NCBI RefSeq assembly: GCF_964194155.1
Contig: NC_135901.1
Coordinates: 36,704,001-36,768,000, forward strand
Direction: 5' to 3'
Length of the DNA stretch: 64,000 nt
Source of the DNA: Cetorhinus maximus
Taxonomy: Eukaryota
Below are positions 63,555 to 64,000 of the stretch, piece after piece (positions within the stretch are counted from its first letter, which is position 1; every line of letters starts with the position of its first letter). The notes beneath the pieces were generated by a model. The model saw nothing but the letters and a program-made list of their open reading frames with translations, ran no database searches and was not told where the DNA came from. The position numbers and the translations under genes were made by a program.

Positions 63555-64000
63555 GAGTTATGAACAGGTGTCGGCCATTCAGCCCTTTGAGTCTGCTCTG
63601 CCATTCAATAAGATCATGGCTGATCTGGTTGTGATCTCAACTCCACTTTCATGTCTGCCCCCATAACCCTTGACTTCCTTGTCTGTCAAAAGTCCGTCTA
63701 ATTCTGCCTTGAATAAATTCAGTGACCCAGCCTCCACTGCTTTCTGGGGAAAATATTTCCACAGACTAACGGCTCTCGGTGGGAGCAAAAACCTCCTCAT
63801 CTCCGTCTGAAAAGGGAGACCTCTTACTCTTCTGGAAACTAACTCACCTGGTCCCACTCCCCCGCCTTTTCCCCGGAGACCTGCATTTTCTGGCCAATTC
63901 TCTTTTGAAATCCGCAATTGAATCTGCCTCCCCCCCGCCACCCCCACACTCTCAGGTAGTGCATTCCTGATCCTAACCACTCGCTGTGTAACAGGGAAAC
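63555..64000 (-). mobile_element. CR1 3'-end fragments
   Basis: VSLWK..PQKAVEA..FKAELD plus tail. Confidence 0.85.

Overview
This is vertebrate nuclear DNA, most likely from a shark or other cartilaginous fish (inferred from the repeat families, not from a search). It is not prokaryotic. The window is a repeat-dense cluster of five tandem C2H2 zinc-finger genes with no recognisable KRAB domain: A 7.4-8.6 kb (-), B 25.4-26.4 kb (+), E 30.1-31.2 kb (-), C 41.9-42.6 kb (+) and D 49.3-50.3 kb (-). Only D keeps a long ORF (332 aa, 11 complete fingers). The genes arose by duplication of a cassette made of a CpG promoter, repeated splice-acceptor/leader modules, a finger exon and a 3' UTR. From about 44 kb a decayed tRNA gene array (Leu, Ser, Lys, Glu; all apparently pseudogenes) is interleaved. 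The rest is mobile DNA: many CR1 and L2 LINE fragments, two large Penelope-like elements with hammerhead-ribozyme motifs plus tiny Penelope footprints, a Vingi-like LINE, an RTE fragment, a MITE with an empty site in a paralog, an env-bearing retroviral remnant, and a LINE with a tRNA-like head together with its head+tail SINE. All calls were made by eye. Boundaries of degraded repeats are approximate (tens of bp).
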